64,000 nucleotides of DNA from Octopus sinensis (GCF_006345805.1 NC_042998.1:120280001-120344000); one strand, 5' to 3'. Positions 1-13,969 are shown, counted from the stretch's first letter. The notes: generated from the letters alone by a model not told the origin. Program-made: numbers and translations.

Positions 1-805
1 GCGTCCATCAGTGATTGAATGCCAATCAGTCGAGTGGCTTTTCTTTGGATGCTGTCCAGTATGTCAGTGCATGTAGCAACAACACTGTCCTAGTTGTGGG
101 AACAGTACTCCATCATGGGCCTCACTTGAGCCTTGTAGGGTGTCAGTAGCTGTTGCAGACTGAAATATTTTCTGGCTCTGAAAAGAATGACCAGTTTTAG
201 GGTTGAGATTCTAACTATGCTAAACACATGCTTTTGTCAGGAAGGACCCTTGGTAATAGTAAGGTCCAGCCATTGCAGCAACAGTGATGGCTTTACTTTA
301 GTGCTGTTTATGTTTAGGAATATGGCACAGTGGTGTTTTGCTCCTATGAGTGGAGCTTGAACTTTTATTTTTTTTAATGCAGAGACCTCACTGAAGAATT
401 CTCTCACAGTTTTCCTTTCCTGAAATGAATGCATCTTTGGTGTGTGGCATTAAGATGCATAGTTGGGGAAAGTTTGCAAGGAATGACAAGTCATGTCTTC
501 TGCATAAGAGTGGGTGTTGAGGTGGCAGCTATTAGGTCATTGATGTATAGGAGGAGACAACAGAAAACCCAGAGTAACACTAAAGTTGAATGAAAATGAG
601 GCAAAAGAAATTTATAGTCAACAGATGCCACAACAGTGCATAGCAGACATGCAAAAGTTTGCATGTCTGGCATACAAGAAAACTTTGCCAATGTCTAAAG
701 CAATGACACTACTTTTATCAAACTTCTCTAAACCAGAAGCACATTAATGTGTGATATAAGACAAAAGATGGATCTGGCTCCATGGAAGTAGTACTGGTGG
801 TTATT

Positions 806-836
<31 letters not shown>

Positions 837-975
837 AAGTCAAGGTGTTGCATATGCCATTGTTAATGGCTGTCTCTATTACTATTACCGTAAAGATTTC
901 AGAAGTGAAAGCAATAGGAAGATAGTTGCTTGGGTCAGAGTGATTACTTTTATTTGGAATTGAACATGCCAAAGT
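1..975 (-). mobile_element. Degraded non-LTR retrotransposon (CR1/L2-like) reverse-transcriptase fragment
   Basis: Minus-strand pieces PSNYLPIA (like PSNYRPIS), VIALDIGKVF (like LDIxKAFD), LLLYINDL and YKAQVRPMMEYCSH...LDSIQRKATRLI. Stops and frameshifts present; (GA)n insertion at about 808-836. Confidence 0.85.
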
Positions 976-1003
976 ACACTTCTAAAAGTTAGAATACATC
1001 CCC

Positions 1004-1510
1004 ACATCATCATCATCATCATTGTTTAACATCCACTTTCCATGCTGTTAATGGTTGGACGGTTTGACTGAGGACTGGCAAGCCAGAAGGCTGCACAAGG
1101 CTCCAATCCAATCTAGTAATGTTTCTACAGCTGGATGCCCTTCCTAACGCCAACCACTCTGAGAGTGTAGTGGGTGCTTTTGACGTGCCACTGGCATGGG
1201 AGCCAGTCAGGAGGCACTGGCAATGACCACACTTGAATGGTGCTTTTTACGTGCCACTAGCATAGGAACCAATCAGGCGGCACTGACAATGAGCATGCTC
1301 GAATGTTGCTTTTTATGTGCCACCGGCACGGGACCAGTAAGGTGGCACTGGCATCTCTCTTGCACATCACATCTGATGCTTCTTATGTCCAAATTTTTTC
1401 TCAGGGCACTTACACTCTGTCGTGTATGCACACTGACATCCAGCGAAGCATACTAGCTTCATTCCTTGCATGCTTACGCATGTCCTCAGCAGTCATGGCC
1501 CCCAAAAATT
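1004..1510 (-). mobile_element. RTE-clade LINE 3' end (ORF C-terminus, tandem-repeat 3'UTR and (GAT)n tail)
   Basis: Minus strand reads AMTAEDMRKHARNEASMLRWM..., homologous to the + strand RTE piece at 28632-29170. It is followed by internally repeated UTR units and a gatgatgat tail. Confidence 0.85.
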
Positions 1511-2484
1511 GATGAGTAAGGGAACAAGTTCTTGGGCATGCTGTTTGAGTCAAGTGGAAGGGACATTATCAAAGATGGTGGCCTTGTTGCTTTGAAGCAA
1601 CTGAAGGTATTTCTGCATTTAGCACATGTTATACAGGTTGGGATGTGGGTGTCTCCTTTCTGTACTTTCTATCATTTTTTGCAACAACCTCTGTTCCTTG
1701 GAGCAGGCTGGTCTCGTGCTTCCACCACTCAGTTGCCTCCAGCCCACTCGTATCTCCACCTCTCATCTCTCTTGTGTCTAATCTTCTCTGTCTCATACTA
1801 ACCCTTATACCCAGTCCATCTGAAATCTTCACCCTCTTTTGACTTTCCTGCAGGTGTTGACCTGCCACATTAATGGCATCATACTCACCTGTCTCAGAAA
1901 GCCAACCTCAGCAAATAAAAATATAAAATATACATATATTCACACAAATGCACATCCTTTTAGTCAGAGTACTTAAGCATCATTAATTCAAACCTTAGAA
2001 CATTTAAATGTGCTAATTTTTTTCTTTAAAAAGATTTTACAGAGTAAGATATTAGTTTGTTATGTATATGCTGAAACTAATGTAAATAGTTTATTATTTT
2101 ACATGTCTTTAATTGAATAGCTTTTAAAAATATTTGTTTAAAGATCGTATCACTGCTTATATTTTCATTTTCCCCATCCTTTGTCTGTCTTTATACACAT
2201 TAAGTTTTATATTTATATAATTTTTAAAAAATTCTTTTTTATTTTCTGGGATGTGATGTTAAGCTTCAGCAGTAATTCGTAACTAAATTCATATTGCACA
2301 ATTTTATTTCAATTGTTTCAACTCTTTGGCAGGTTTTCCGAGTTATAATTTGCAATCTTTAATATTATTTTTATATTTTCCTTGTGGCAATTTTCTGAAA
2401 TTCTTAAGAACATTGTTAGCTTTGTTATTGTATGCTTTACTAAGTTATTAATATTAAATATAACTTGCTTTCATTGTCATAAAC

Positions 2485-2515
2485 TTGTGCGTGCTCACAC
2501 GCATACAGTTACACT

Positions 2516-2550
<35 letters not shown>

Positions 2551-2612
2551 CACACGCACACATGCATGTGCATACATGCACACATGCATGTGCGCATGCG
2601 TGCACACACAGT
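2485..2612. repeat. (CA)n plus mixed TG/CA alternating purine-pyrimidine tract
   Basis: Direct reading. Confidence 0.9.
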
Positions 2613-4437
2613 GAATTATCATTGTACTTTTAGTAACTTTGGAAATAAAAATTTAACATAATCCATCATGGCAATACAATGTACTGTTCCCCTTATTCCA
2701 GCAATTATTCCTATAGTATTTCTCTTGATTTTATTATTTTTTTTATTTAATTAAAAACATCCTGTCTTAGAAATTTATAATGAACATTAATACAGTAGAT
2801 TTACTCAATTCAGATGCTAGTGTACATCCTTTGCAACATACATGCACATGGTTTAAGTATTGAAGCATTTGTAAAGCATATTTAATATTTTGATTTGTTT
2901 ATGCACACAATATTTGCTTGTAGTCCTAGTATTGAATTGTTGAGGTTGAGTTTGCTACATTCTTGTGAAGCTTCCAGTGTTTTTGTTGTGTTTTGTTTTT
3001 TTGTTGATATTTGGAATTTTCTTTTTCATTAATCGTGAAGTGGTGCCTTCAGGTAAGACCTGGATATTTGCAACACCAGTCTGCTTGGCTGAGAAACCTA
3101 CACAGCTTTTAAGGGCTCAGAGTTTTATTGAATGACTTGATTGGAGCCTTTTTGCTAAAGATTTAAAAAATTCCTTCAGAGATATTGCTCCTTCTCTCAC
3201 TTTCCTTTTATTCAGATTGGAAAGTTAATTCTGGGACATATCTTGTTTTATGCTGAATTTGTTTGTTAGACACCTTAGTAACAAAAGAAAAAAAAAAAAG
3301 GAGAAAACCTAAAATGTTTTTGCTTGTGGATTCCAAATAGTCCAAAATTTCCACTATATATCTCATGGGATATTTATGTCAGTCTGTAGCTATCTACAAT
3401 TCTGATTTACTTATCCTCTTATAAAATAAAATTTTAAAATCAAACCAAATAATTCGGTTTGTATTTAACATCAAGCATGTTGGTTTGCAGAAGCCTCTAA
3501 TGCTGTAATTTGAAGTGAATTGCATTGCTAAATAATCCTGACATCTTCATACTTTCTTCTCTTCATTAAATAACTCCTGGCAAATAGGCTGACAATCTTT
3601 AAATACAAATAGTGTTTGGTAGTAAATCACCAGTCATATGTCACTTAGGTTTTTTTCCTCTTCTGTCTGTCTTTCCTTTTGTTTATGGTTCTATCCACAG
3701 TGTGTCACTGAGACTCAGTATTATATACCACTGCAAGTAACCAAGTGTTGTTAGAGAAGTTCATAGCTAGTTTTATTGTAGTCACTTTTAGTCCCCTAGA
3801 ATTATCCAGTAGCCTTTTTGTTGACTTCAGAAATATTTGTGGCAGAATACTACAGATTATGGTGTAGAGGAACTCCATACTGCATATATTAACTATATAT
3901 TTTCTTCATTTATAAAGCACAACTCCTCTATTGACATCAAATTTGAATATTATTTACTATATACAAAACCTCTTCTCATAAATATATTTACTGGAGGAAA
4001 TATATCCTATATAGTGCTCTGCCACAATTTGTTGGTAAAGAAGAAATTGATAATAGTACTGTATTTTTGTTTTTGTATATCTGATCACTATCTAGCATGA
4101 CAATAGTGTGTTCACCTAAAAAAAAAAGAATGTTCTTTCTGTTAGTCATTAGTCTATTATCTATGCTATTATCTAAATGATTACATTTTTTTTTATTGTT
4201 CATTTCTTTGAAAATCCTGTTCTTTCTCATAAACACTTTCAGACAGTTATTTACTATCCATTAATACATACACAGTCCTCATGCTACACTATATGCATCT
4301 TACCATTGTATTTGATGAATACATCTGACATTCATATATTTATGCATATATAATGCTCATTAACTAGATCTTGTCTTTCTATACATCTGCCACTCTATTA
4401 TGTACATGAGATAAATATTGAAACTTGAGCCAACAAA

Positions 4438-4616
4438 GGAATCTTTATGTGGCTGCTCAGCCAACTAGAAACAACAACCAAATCTTCCTCAAATTACATC
4501 TTAGTTTCTTGAAGAGAGAGGGGGCACAGTCTATATGCAGTGTCTGTGTAAAAGCTGAGATGGTCATGCAAGACCACTTTTTATTGTAGATCTACTGACC
4601 TGAGGCTAAACAACAT
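4438..4616 (+). mobile_element. Short interspersed repeat with (AAC)n tail, degenerate copy
   Basis: Shares ctagaaa(t)agcagccaaatct..ctcaaat..cac...ggctaaacaac with copies at about 5858-6070(-), 8112-8225(+), 19298-19489(+), 21360-21440(-), 22408-22620(+), 23995-24190(-), 24705-24860(-), 34570-34697(+), 46415-46570(-), 49865-50000(-), 54195-54390(-) and 61528-61640(-). Confidence 0.7.
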
Positions 4617-7600
4617 CTTGTGACTAGTTACATTAAATACAACTTGATACTCCATAAAGATCTTGTCACTATCTACTATGGTCTTACTGCAGTCAAATAT
4701 CAATGACTTAGTTTATACTATTGTCCTTTACATCCTCATAATAAACTTGTTTTGTCAGTCATGTTGATGTAGGCATCTATTATTATTGTTAGTTTTTAGA
4801 TTACCAGGCTTTCCATTACTGGAATATTAGAAATTTTAAGGTGTGCACAGTTGATTATACTGATACTCAAGACAAGACTGGTATTTTATTAACATTAAGA
4901 GCATAAAAGATAATGTCAGCCTTTGTGAGATTTGGACCTTGCACTTCTTCCTGTACAACATTCTTTTGGGGAAAGGTAATGAAGTTCGGACTTGTTGTGT
5001 AGCCCTTCTCAACTCTGCTTGAGCACTGCTATGGTGTTACAAATATAATTATTTGAGGGAGCAATCCAATATGCAGTGTCATAGTGAAGAGACACTGCTT
5101 CAGTTTTGCTGTGCAACCCATATCTCGGATGTAATCAAAACCTTTGATGGTGGCTGTAACCTGAGAAAGATAGTCTTTGTGTGTTTAGAGAATGGGATTG
5201 TTATGGATGGGATACTGTATAGTACAGAGTTATTAGCTTCTAATTTGTGAGCTTAAATTTTACAAATTTTAACCTTGTATTTAATTTCTGCTGGATTGAG
5301 CGGAATAAAGTATGTGTATGTATCATTTATTCAATGTGTTCTGGTCAATCAACTAAATACTTCGTTCTTTTTTAAAAACGAAACCTTGTGTCTAATTAAA
5401 AACAAATATTTAGACATTCTAATCTATGTAACTCTGTAGACATCAAAATCAGCATTTGTTTAAAACTGGTTGGTGTTTTGCTTGAATTTTTGTGCTTCTC
5501 AATGAAGATAAGGAAATATCCAAAATTACTTCAGAAGTTACTTAACATTTTTCCATAGTCATACCACAAGTCCAATAATAGACTGTGATGCACCAGTTTA
5601 ATTGTACACATTACTCAAATCAAAAGTAGTAAGTTTCACAGATTATTCAAATGAAGGTGTAAAATATTTCACTGAAAGACTAGTTATACTTGTTTGATAT
5701 TATGTCACAAAGGATTTGACCATTTAATTCTAGTTAAACATTTGCTAGTTAAATATGTTTAGTGCATTATAAGTAAGCATCAATAAAATTATTTAAGTGG
5801 TTACTAATTGTATTAAAAGAAATTTTCACTAGATTATTTAAAACAAATGGATCCATTAGTTGTTGCTATTTAGCCCCAGTTGACTGAGATGACTTATCAA
5901 CACATTACAACCATGAACCCATCTTTTTTAGGGCTATATAGGACTGCATATCCAAATAAGTTCTTTCCTTCCCCAAGATGATATGGTATGAGTTTCTTGA
6001 TGGGTATAGAATGAGGGCAATTTTCCTGCTATTTCCAACTAGTCAGTAACATCATAGAAGTTTCCCCCACTGGCTCAAGCAATCCATTTTTTCATTGTTT
6101 ACAATATTTTCCCTACTCTCAGTTGTACTTCATGTAAAATTTCTTAAGTTCTTTTTTTTTTAAACAAAAAAACTTGTATAGGGTCATCAGCAGTCAGTCT
6201 GTTAATGACCCATATGAACAGGGCAAATGTATCTAATCTAATTAGTTATATATAAGTTTATAGGATTTTAAGCAATTTTGCCATAACCTGTAACTCCATC
6301 CAATCTCTTTTTTGCATGTCCCTGAAGAATTTAAAATTCTGATTGTTAGTAGATTATTTTTGAAGATGTGAGTGGCTGTTAGACTATTTCTCTTGTTATC
6401 TTCCATCTGCATAACCTCACACCCATTACCTCTCTTCCATCTTTTTTTTTTTACCCTTTTATTAAACATATGCCAAATTTAATATTGGTCTCTGAATGCC
6501 ACTCCCTTTATTGCTGCTGTTGATGCTGCTGCTGCTACTATTACTGCTGCATTGCTTCTAACTGACTTCTATTTTTTTTCTGCATGGTAACAATTAATTA
6601 CTTATTAGAATATCAAGTTTGCATAAGCTTGTCTTGAATTCATCATCATGAGTAAGCCCATCAGATTTAAGTACTGTTTGGTCCCTAATACAAATTGTTG
6701 TTATTGTTATTATAAGAAGGAATTGTTTAAACAGAACTCAACAGGATAAAAGGAAAGCCCCTAAATTACATATTTGGAATATTCTAAAATGAAAATAGTT
6801 TAAAATTGTAATTTTAATTTTTAAAAATTACATCAAAAGATATATTGCTATGACTCAAATGTGATCTTCCAAAATTCCTCCATTTTCTGTTATTTCCTTA
6901 GGAAAAGGTAGGATAATGTTAAACATATTTTGGTGTATATTATTGTTATTATTATTATTTGAAATATTTTCAAATATTTGAATGCTCCATTACTTTTGAT
7001 ATTGAAATTAATAATAACCAGAGCTTTATTATTCAGCTCTGGTGAATTTGGTGTGAAATAAAAAAATTTTGGGGACCATGTAATTTATAGAGACACTAAT
7101 CATAATAGCTGGAGATGCCATCTAGGAGGCAGGTCCCATTTAGAAAATATTTCAAATTCATAGGCTTTGATGAAATCTCCAGAAATCTCTAACTATGAAA
7201 TATTATTTTAAGTGTAGTGTTGCAATCTCTACCTAAAGAAGTACTGTGTAATACAATTGCTGAAGTGAACATGGATTGATATTGGAAATACATTACAAAT
7301 TTAGAATTAATTTTGTTATATATATTTTGAACATAAAATGTGAAACTAACATCTCTGTGAAACATATTTCAAACAAAATCCATATATATATATATATATT
7401 TTTATTCTGATGGGCTGTTATATAATTGTCCTTAATAGTAAGCAATTCAGTCTCAGTTCATTTGTGTTTGTACATATATGTTAATTTTGAAAATTTTGTA
7501 AATAGTTGAGTTTGTCTTGCCATTTCACCTCTCATCTCAATTTAATGTTGGCACACATACACATAGAAATACATACACAAACATTAATTCTGTTTTGAAT

Positions 7601-8878
7601 TATTGTATTGTTGGCAAATATCTTCATTTCTCTAATAATCAGTTTTGAACATCATTAGTAAAATATTCTTAGTATCTAATAGACTTATTTTGTTTATCTG
7701 AGACACTTCCTGATTAGATTGATTAGATTTTAAAAAAACACAAATTCAAAATATTTTTTCACATCAGTAATTCTGTCATACTGTCATTTAGTTCTCTTAA
7801 TTTATGAAAAAGTTCAATATTAGTACATTCCCAACTATCAATTTATTGCTATTATAACTGTAAATATTTTATCTTGTTATACAAATACTACAGTTTTGAT
7901 TTGAAATGTTAGATTAATCTGAATAATTCTCATATTTAAAATTGGTTGTATTCAGTAATTTTTGTTCAGGAAATATTTTTGTATTTGAATCAATTAAGTT
8001 TGGGTGTTGTAGTGTGATAGTAAATTCTTAATGGCCTCAATTTCTAATTTGAAGTTTTCCAACGTTTCATCTACATCCTCTTGGGAATGGCATAAGCATC
8101 ACAACAATCCCACTTACCTTGAGGGAATCTCTTCATAGTGATTTGACTGCCTGGAAATACCAGCCAAATCTATCTTAGAAACGGAAGGAAACATTAGATA
8201 ATGGAGTCTTATATAGACTATATCTGAAAATGAAAGATAGGATTGTTAAAGCTTGCAAACCTTTGTTCATAAGTCTGATCAAGGATGGCATGCAGGTTAG
8301 ATAACAACCACAAGCATTATGCTTGTTTATTAATTGAGAAAATAACATTTTCCCCTCTAAATCTTCTAAAAAAATTGAAGTTTAATTTAAAATTTTAGAA
8401 TTTAAAAAGCTGAAATCTATAAAAAATTAAGTGGTTAGCTAAATTTATTTTGCCACCATAAAGCATTTGAAAATGTTATAATAGAGAAGTTGTTAAAAAA
8501 AAGTATTTAATTGACAAGTTGATTATGCATTTATCCTTAAATTATTTATTATTTAAAATTTAGATTACATTTTGTAAAATATTATTTTCATTTTTTTTTA
8601 TACCTTTATTTTCAAAATGTAAGAAAATTTGTGTAGAGTTATTTCATGGGGATTCTATCATTGTTCAAGTATATAATTAGAACTATCAGTTTATAACTAT
8701 TGTAACTCTTTATTTAAAAGTTTATATTGGTTCTTGTTAAAATGGATTAATCTTGATTAATATGGCTTTCATATCTGTTCAGTTATTAGCTTATTACTTA
8801 ATTTTAAATAAGCTTTTCATATATTTGTAAAACTTTTTGTTTACATGTTAATATTTGTCTCATTTTTCTTTTTTAAAG

Positions 8879-9070
8879 GACATGTACATGAATATTAACC
8901 GCATCTTAAGTGTTGCTCAGCGGCTGTGTGATACTGGTCATTATGGTGCCAATGAAATCCGCCAACAGGCCAGCAAACTGGAGAGGGATTGGAAGACTTT
9001 AGCAGCAGCTGTTGATGATCGTAGCACTGTCCTTAGTATGTCTGTGATTTTTCATAAACGTGCAGAACAG
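8879..9070 (+). CDS. trio: Trio/Kalirin RhoGEF, spectrin-repeat exon (window exon 1; 192 nt, phase 0-0)
   Basis: ttttaaag|GAC acceptor and CAG|gttagc donor. Translates DMYMNINRILSVAQRLCDTGHYGANEIRQQASKLERDWKTLAAAVDDRSTVLSMSVIFHKRAEQ, which I recognise as homologous to Trio NVYVNINRIMSVANRLVESGHYA...FHQKAEK. Confidence 0.95.
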
Positions 9071-10631
9071 GTTAGCAAATTGAACTTTTCTATTTTGTTT
9101 AACCTTTTACTTTAACTTACTGGGGTTTAGCGGGGAAAATATTCCTTTGAGAACTAAGGGATAAAGAAACTTCATTAGAAACTTCACTGTTTTTCTGATG
9201 CCTATGATTTTATGCTGAAAAGGTAATGGTTCCATTGGTTATGACTAACACTAGATAGTTTTCAGCTAGCTGTCTTAATCCAGAGTCACAGCATCACCTA
9301 CCTGACCAATGTTTATAATCAGAGTTTTTTTTTTTCCTTTTTACCTTTTCAGCTAAAGAGAAAGTGATAGGATAAACACACCTAAATAAAAGTGGCTTGT
9401 CAGGAAATTTTTAAAGAAATCTGTTTTTGAACAAATTGGAATATGTTTGTTCTGTGAACTACTTTTTGATAGATTTTATAGTGATGATGAATATAACTAA
9501 ACCTGGTAATGTAAAATAGTTGATGCACACAGTGTTGAGGTTTTACGTTGATGATAAATATAACTGGTTACTTGATATTAAATAATTATAGTGGATTTTG
9601 TCAATGTATTGGGAATTGATAACTCAGCAAGATTTACCTTCATTTGTTGATGTTACTTTGTATATGGGGATACTTTAAGTACTTATTTGAGTGGAAAATC
9701 CACCCTACTTCTGCCTTGAAGTTGCTCTTCTTTAAACTCATTCGCCATTTCCCAACTCTATGTAATCACATCTGTCTCCTTTATCAAGGGCTAACACCAA
9801 AGTGATGTGTATCGAGTCTGTGGAGGACCCTCTACAGAGTTACTTGGCCAAATCATCAAACTACACCATGCAATCTAAATTAAAATAAACAAAAAAATAT
9901 AAAAAATGACCTGATAATAAGCTTACAGTTGGAATTTCATTCTTTATAGGTTTGTTCAGTTAGGGTTGATCTGATCTGGAAAGCAACATCAAATCTTCAG
10001 AAAATTTTTTTACATTATTTATTCTGAAGTTCCCAGATATTATTTTGTCAAACAACATATACCGAAAATAATGCGCTTAATCAGATTAATTCTCATTCTA
10101 TAATTTATTGCAATCCATAAATACTTTACACATATATTGAGAGCCAATTTATTTATTTTTGACAAGGGGAATGATTCTTTCTGTACTAATTTTTTTTATA
10201 TCGTTGTTACCTCCCTTGCATAATACATTTCCTTGCTCTCGCGATTTGCATTCTGATTTTGGAACGTGACCGTAGTCAGAATATTTTTGCCTTCGATTGG
10301 AGATTAAAATTAAACTTAGATTATATATTTTGACCGTGCCAGTTTACTCTTACTGCTATACAAGGATTTACTTAAGACTGGGTTTTTTTTTTTTTTACTG
10401 TCTCATAATGAAACAAAAATGTTGCTATCCTCAAAATGTTAGAAAATACTTCTCTTACGTTTATAGAAATGTTTCTTTAAAGATTTCATATCTTACTTGA
10501 CATTATTCACACTTACTAAACCCCCATGGGTGACTGAGTTATCCATACTGCTTATTCAAATAAGTTATAATGATTGATTATTTCTTCCTTTTATACAAAC
10601 TTTACTTTCAATATATATTCATGCAATTCAG

Positions 10632-10763
10632 TATCTTGCTCAAGTCCATGAGTGGAGGCTAGCCTGTGAGAGTCCTCAGATTCCATCATCCATTAAAGAC
10701 CTAGAGGAAGCCTTACAACAACACCAGACATTAATTGAAACCATCAGCCAAGCCTATGCTGAG
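10632..10763 (+). CDS. trio: Trio exon 2 (132 nt, phase 0-0)
   Basis: aattcag|TAT ... GAG|gtaagt. YLAQVHEWRLACESPQIPSSIKDLEEALQQHQTLIETISQAYAE is in frame with exon 1 and resembles Trio ...DLEDAIHHHQGIYEHITLAYSE. Too short for the ORF track. Confidence 0.95.
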
Positions 10764-11358
10764 GTAAGTACTGACATCCATCAGTTTTTTTCCAGTTTTT
10801 ATTTAAAGTAGAATAATGTTAGCCTTTAAAGAAGGTTAGCTAATTTGTTCATCCTAATTTGCCTAACCTAAATACCCTCCTCTGATATATTAAAATTATG
10901 TTTTGATAAGTAATGATCTAAAAGAGTATAAGGCTGAGAAACACCAATACTGTAGGCTGAATATATTGCTAAACTTGTGCTTTAATCATGGGAAAATCCT
11001 GAGTAACATTTTATTTCCAGTTTTGGTTCTACAAAGTCAGTCTTTTGCTTAGATTCATAGTGTAATGATTGCAATCTCAGATTAACTCACTACCTAAAGT
11101 CAAGCCCAAATTGGGAAAAGGTAGTAGCCCTTCTGTGACTTTATTTCTAACAAGTGGTTTAGTCATACAGGGAACACAATTAGAAATATTTAAACAATGA
11201 AGAAAAGATTGCATTAGCTCATGGATTAATGTTATCCATTACCAGAATCTCACAAAAATGATGCCATTGTTTACTGAACATGTATGCTATTTACATTTAC
11301 AAATTATTAATATTGATATCAGTACTGTTATTTAACTGTTTACCTTTATATCCTGTAG

Positions 11359-11487
11359 GTATGTGCTGATGGGAAGGCATTATTGGATACACTTCAAACG
11401 CCAGTTACTTCAAGTAGTAACAATTCTATTACAGCCAAGGCTGATTATTCAGAAGCAGCAGGACATGTCCTAGATGTTATTCATGAT
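11359..11487 (+). CDS. trio: Trio exon 3 (129 nt, phase 0-0)
   Basis: tcctgtag|GTA ... GAT|gtaagt. VCADGKALLDTLQTPVTSSSNNSITAKADYSEAAGHVLDVIHD resembles Trio VSQDGKSLLDKLQRP...ANYSKAVHHVLDVIHE. Confidence 0.95.
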
Positions 11488-11618
11488 GTAAGTATACATG
11501 CATATATGTATATAGGTGATAAAATTTGTCAATTACTGGTTTTAACACGAATTATGGGCTAATACCTCAGAAAAAGCTCTTTCATATATATGCACTGATT
11601 TTTCATAGAAATGTTTAA

Positions 11619-11838
11619 CCCTTTCATTACTGTATTTATTTTGAGAAGCTCTGTGTTTCTCTCAATTACTTTAAATAAAACAAAGAATTTAGTAAAATAA
11701 CTTAGTTATCATTCAACTAGTGTTAGGAACATAAATTGTGACTAAGGTTTGGTGGAAGATTTTAATTCAGGACGATTGAAAATAAGACATTTGTACTCAG
11801 AGACAGAGCCAGTTTCAGCTGGGTTGGTAATGAAAGGG
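11619..11838. mobile_element. piggyBac-type MITE (220 bp)
   Basis: TTAA at 11615-11618 and 11839-11842; perfect 12-bp TIR CCCTTTCATTAC/GTAATGAAAGGG. A related degraded copy lies at about 50960-51140. Confidence 0.9.
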
Positions 11839-12249
11839 TTAATCAGATTTGCTGTTTAAAATACATTCTGAAAGATCCTGCTTCCTAAACAGAAGGAAAA
11901 AAAAGAAAAGAAGTTAAAAGCGACCCTTTAACTTTACAGATGCAAGCTTTAAAAGTGCATCTGCTGTCAAGTCAAGATTGGAAAAAAAGAAATTTGTCTC
12001 AATTTTTCCAAAATTTGTTTAGTATGAGGATCATAACACACATGCACGCAGGCAGGTAGAGAGAGAGTTATTATTGAAAGTTTCTGGTTTGCTTATACTG
12101 TGATTATATTGTTCTCCATAAAGACATGTGCTACTGATAGTCATTAGTAGTCTGCCTACTAAGTCATTATTTTAAAAAAATTCCTGTGATCTACTTTTGT
12201 TCAGTTACTATAGAAAGTTTTGTAATTTATTAGAGTGACTTCTTGGCAT

Positions 12250-13020
12250 CTACCACGACCAGTAAATTTGGGCAATGTGCTTGCATCAAGCTTTATCTGA
12301 ATTTTGGCAGTTTGGTTACTGAAATCTTCAGAAGGCTTCAGCAGACTTCTGGCAAACATTCTATATATTAAACACAGGTCTTTGAGAAGCATATGTGTTA
12401 CAAGGATGGTCTTTGTCAGTTCAAGATGATGAGCATTCAAATCAACAAGTCACCAGAAAATATGGTTAAAATTTGTGAACTCATCCATGAGGACCATTGC
12501 TGAACCAACTATCAGTTTCCTCTCATGACTGGAATCAGCTGTAGAGTCTGTCAAGTGGTTCTCTCAAAGCCTGAGAAGCCTTGAGGTTTGTGAGAAGGGT
12601 AACAACTTTTATCTTTAAACTCATCACAAGTAATTCAAGTTGTGTTTATAGCTATGATCCAGACATAAAACAACAGTCATTGTTGTAGAAGAGCCTGCAG
12701 TCACTCAGACCCTAGAAAACATGACAGATTCAGGTTGTGACAAGATTCAGGCTCATCATTGTTTCTCTGCTTATGTTCAGAGCATTGTTCATTAGTATTC
12801 ATTCCACCTAGCAGTAGAATGAATTCTGGTTTTTACTGTGATGTTTGAGGCACTTCATAAATAACAAAAGTTGTTGTCTTATGACTGTGTTCCTTGGTTC
12901 AGATCCTTAAGACAATGAAGTTTTTGACAAGCATAGAATGAGAGTTATTCCACACACTTCATATTCACCCATCTTGTTCCTTTGTAACTTAACTGTTTCC
13001 CAAAATAGAGGTCCAACTCA
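12250..13020 (+). mobile_element. Degraded mariner transposase relic
   Basis: Pieces CIKLYLNFG..TEIFRRLQQTSGKHS...VFE...KDG (HTH region), VKICELIHEDH and MRVIPHTSYSPILFLCN (like HPPYSPDLAPCDF). Confidence 0.75.
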
Positions 13021-13749
13021 TGCCAGCATAGGAAAAGGACATTTGGTGATGATGATGATACTGAACATTCAAAACTGTTAATGAAATTCAAGTAGAATTG
13101 CTAACAGTATTGTTAGATAGCCTTTTGGGAAAGGACTTTAACAGTTCCTTTACCACATGGAAGATACATTGGTATTGTTGTGTACATTTCCAAGAGGACT
13201 ATTTTGAAGGAGTTGGTCCCCAAATCATCATCATTAATCTACATCTCCTCCTCTCCCCACTCCTTCATGCCCAGTTTTTCCGTGCTTGCATGGTTTGGAA
13301 GGGTTTCCTTCATGATCAGCCTTCTGCACTTTTGCTGTCTTCCACTGGTTCTTTCCACATGACTCTCCTGTCACTTCTTCACCTACTTGTTACCATTCAA
13401 ATAAAAATAATGTAGGAAACATGCTATTTATTAGAATAATGGTGCAAATTCTTTGTAGGTTTGCTAAGAACTTTCTGATATCACCATATATGTATGCATT
13501 CATATCGATGATATCAATCTTATATGTTGGTGTGGTATAATTTGTTGCTCACGACCTGGGTTTTATCTACCTGTAGTGATATTCACTGTATTGCAAGTAT
13601 TAGGACCAGGTTTTGACACACTACTTGCTACTGCAGAAACCCAGGAGGTATGGTCTCTCCTTTATTTTCTTGCAGCAATATTTGAGGCTCTGCAAAATGT
13701 TATGAACTCTGTTCTTCCTTTCCTGATGAAGCCATGAATATATATATAT

Positions 13750-13790
13750 ATGTGTGTGTGTGTGTTGTGTGTGTGTGTGTGTGTGTGTGT
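13750..13790. repeat. (TG)n microsatellite
   Basis: Direct reading. Confidence 0.95.
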
Positions 13791-13969
13791 TTAATTTAAC
13801 AATGAGTTTTCAAGCTATTTTAAATAAAGAGGTAAAGAATGAGGAATAATGGGCAAAAACCAAAAATGGCTACTCCATCAATTGTGCAGACACTAGTAAA
13901 TATCAACTCTATAACTGACTGATGATAAGGTCTTTTCATATTCATTAATGTAGCAATTGAACCAATACT

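Noticed and set aside
1510-1880. GC-richer segment with short ORFs on both strands
   Set aside because: Adjacent to RTE/LINE debris and probably TE-derived; no identifiable motif.
6902-6907. ttccttag|GAAAAG|gtagga as a 6-nt microexon
   Set aside because: Weak donor and no upstream UGC close to the AG; expected by chance.
8879-8881. GAC (Asp) where homologues have Asn, as a hard-wired A-to-I edit
   Set aside because: A single substitution at an exon edge; it cannot be distinguished from ordinary divergence without orthologue and editing data.
13430-13720. Possible LINE AP-endonuclease relic on the minus strand
   Set aside because: Only faint resemblance; too degraded to support.
13723-13745. 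CCTGATGAAGCC as a second hammerhead core
   Set aside because: No stem II partner and no GAAA downstream; it runs into (TA)n.
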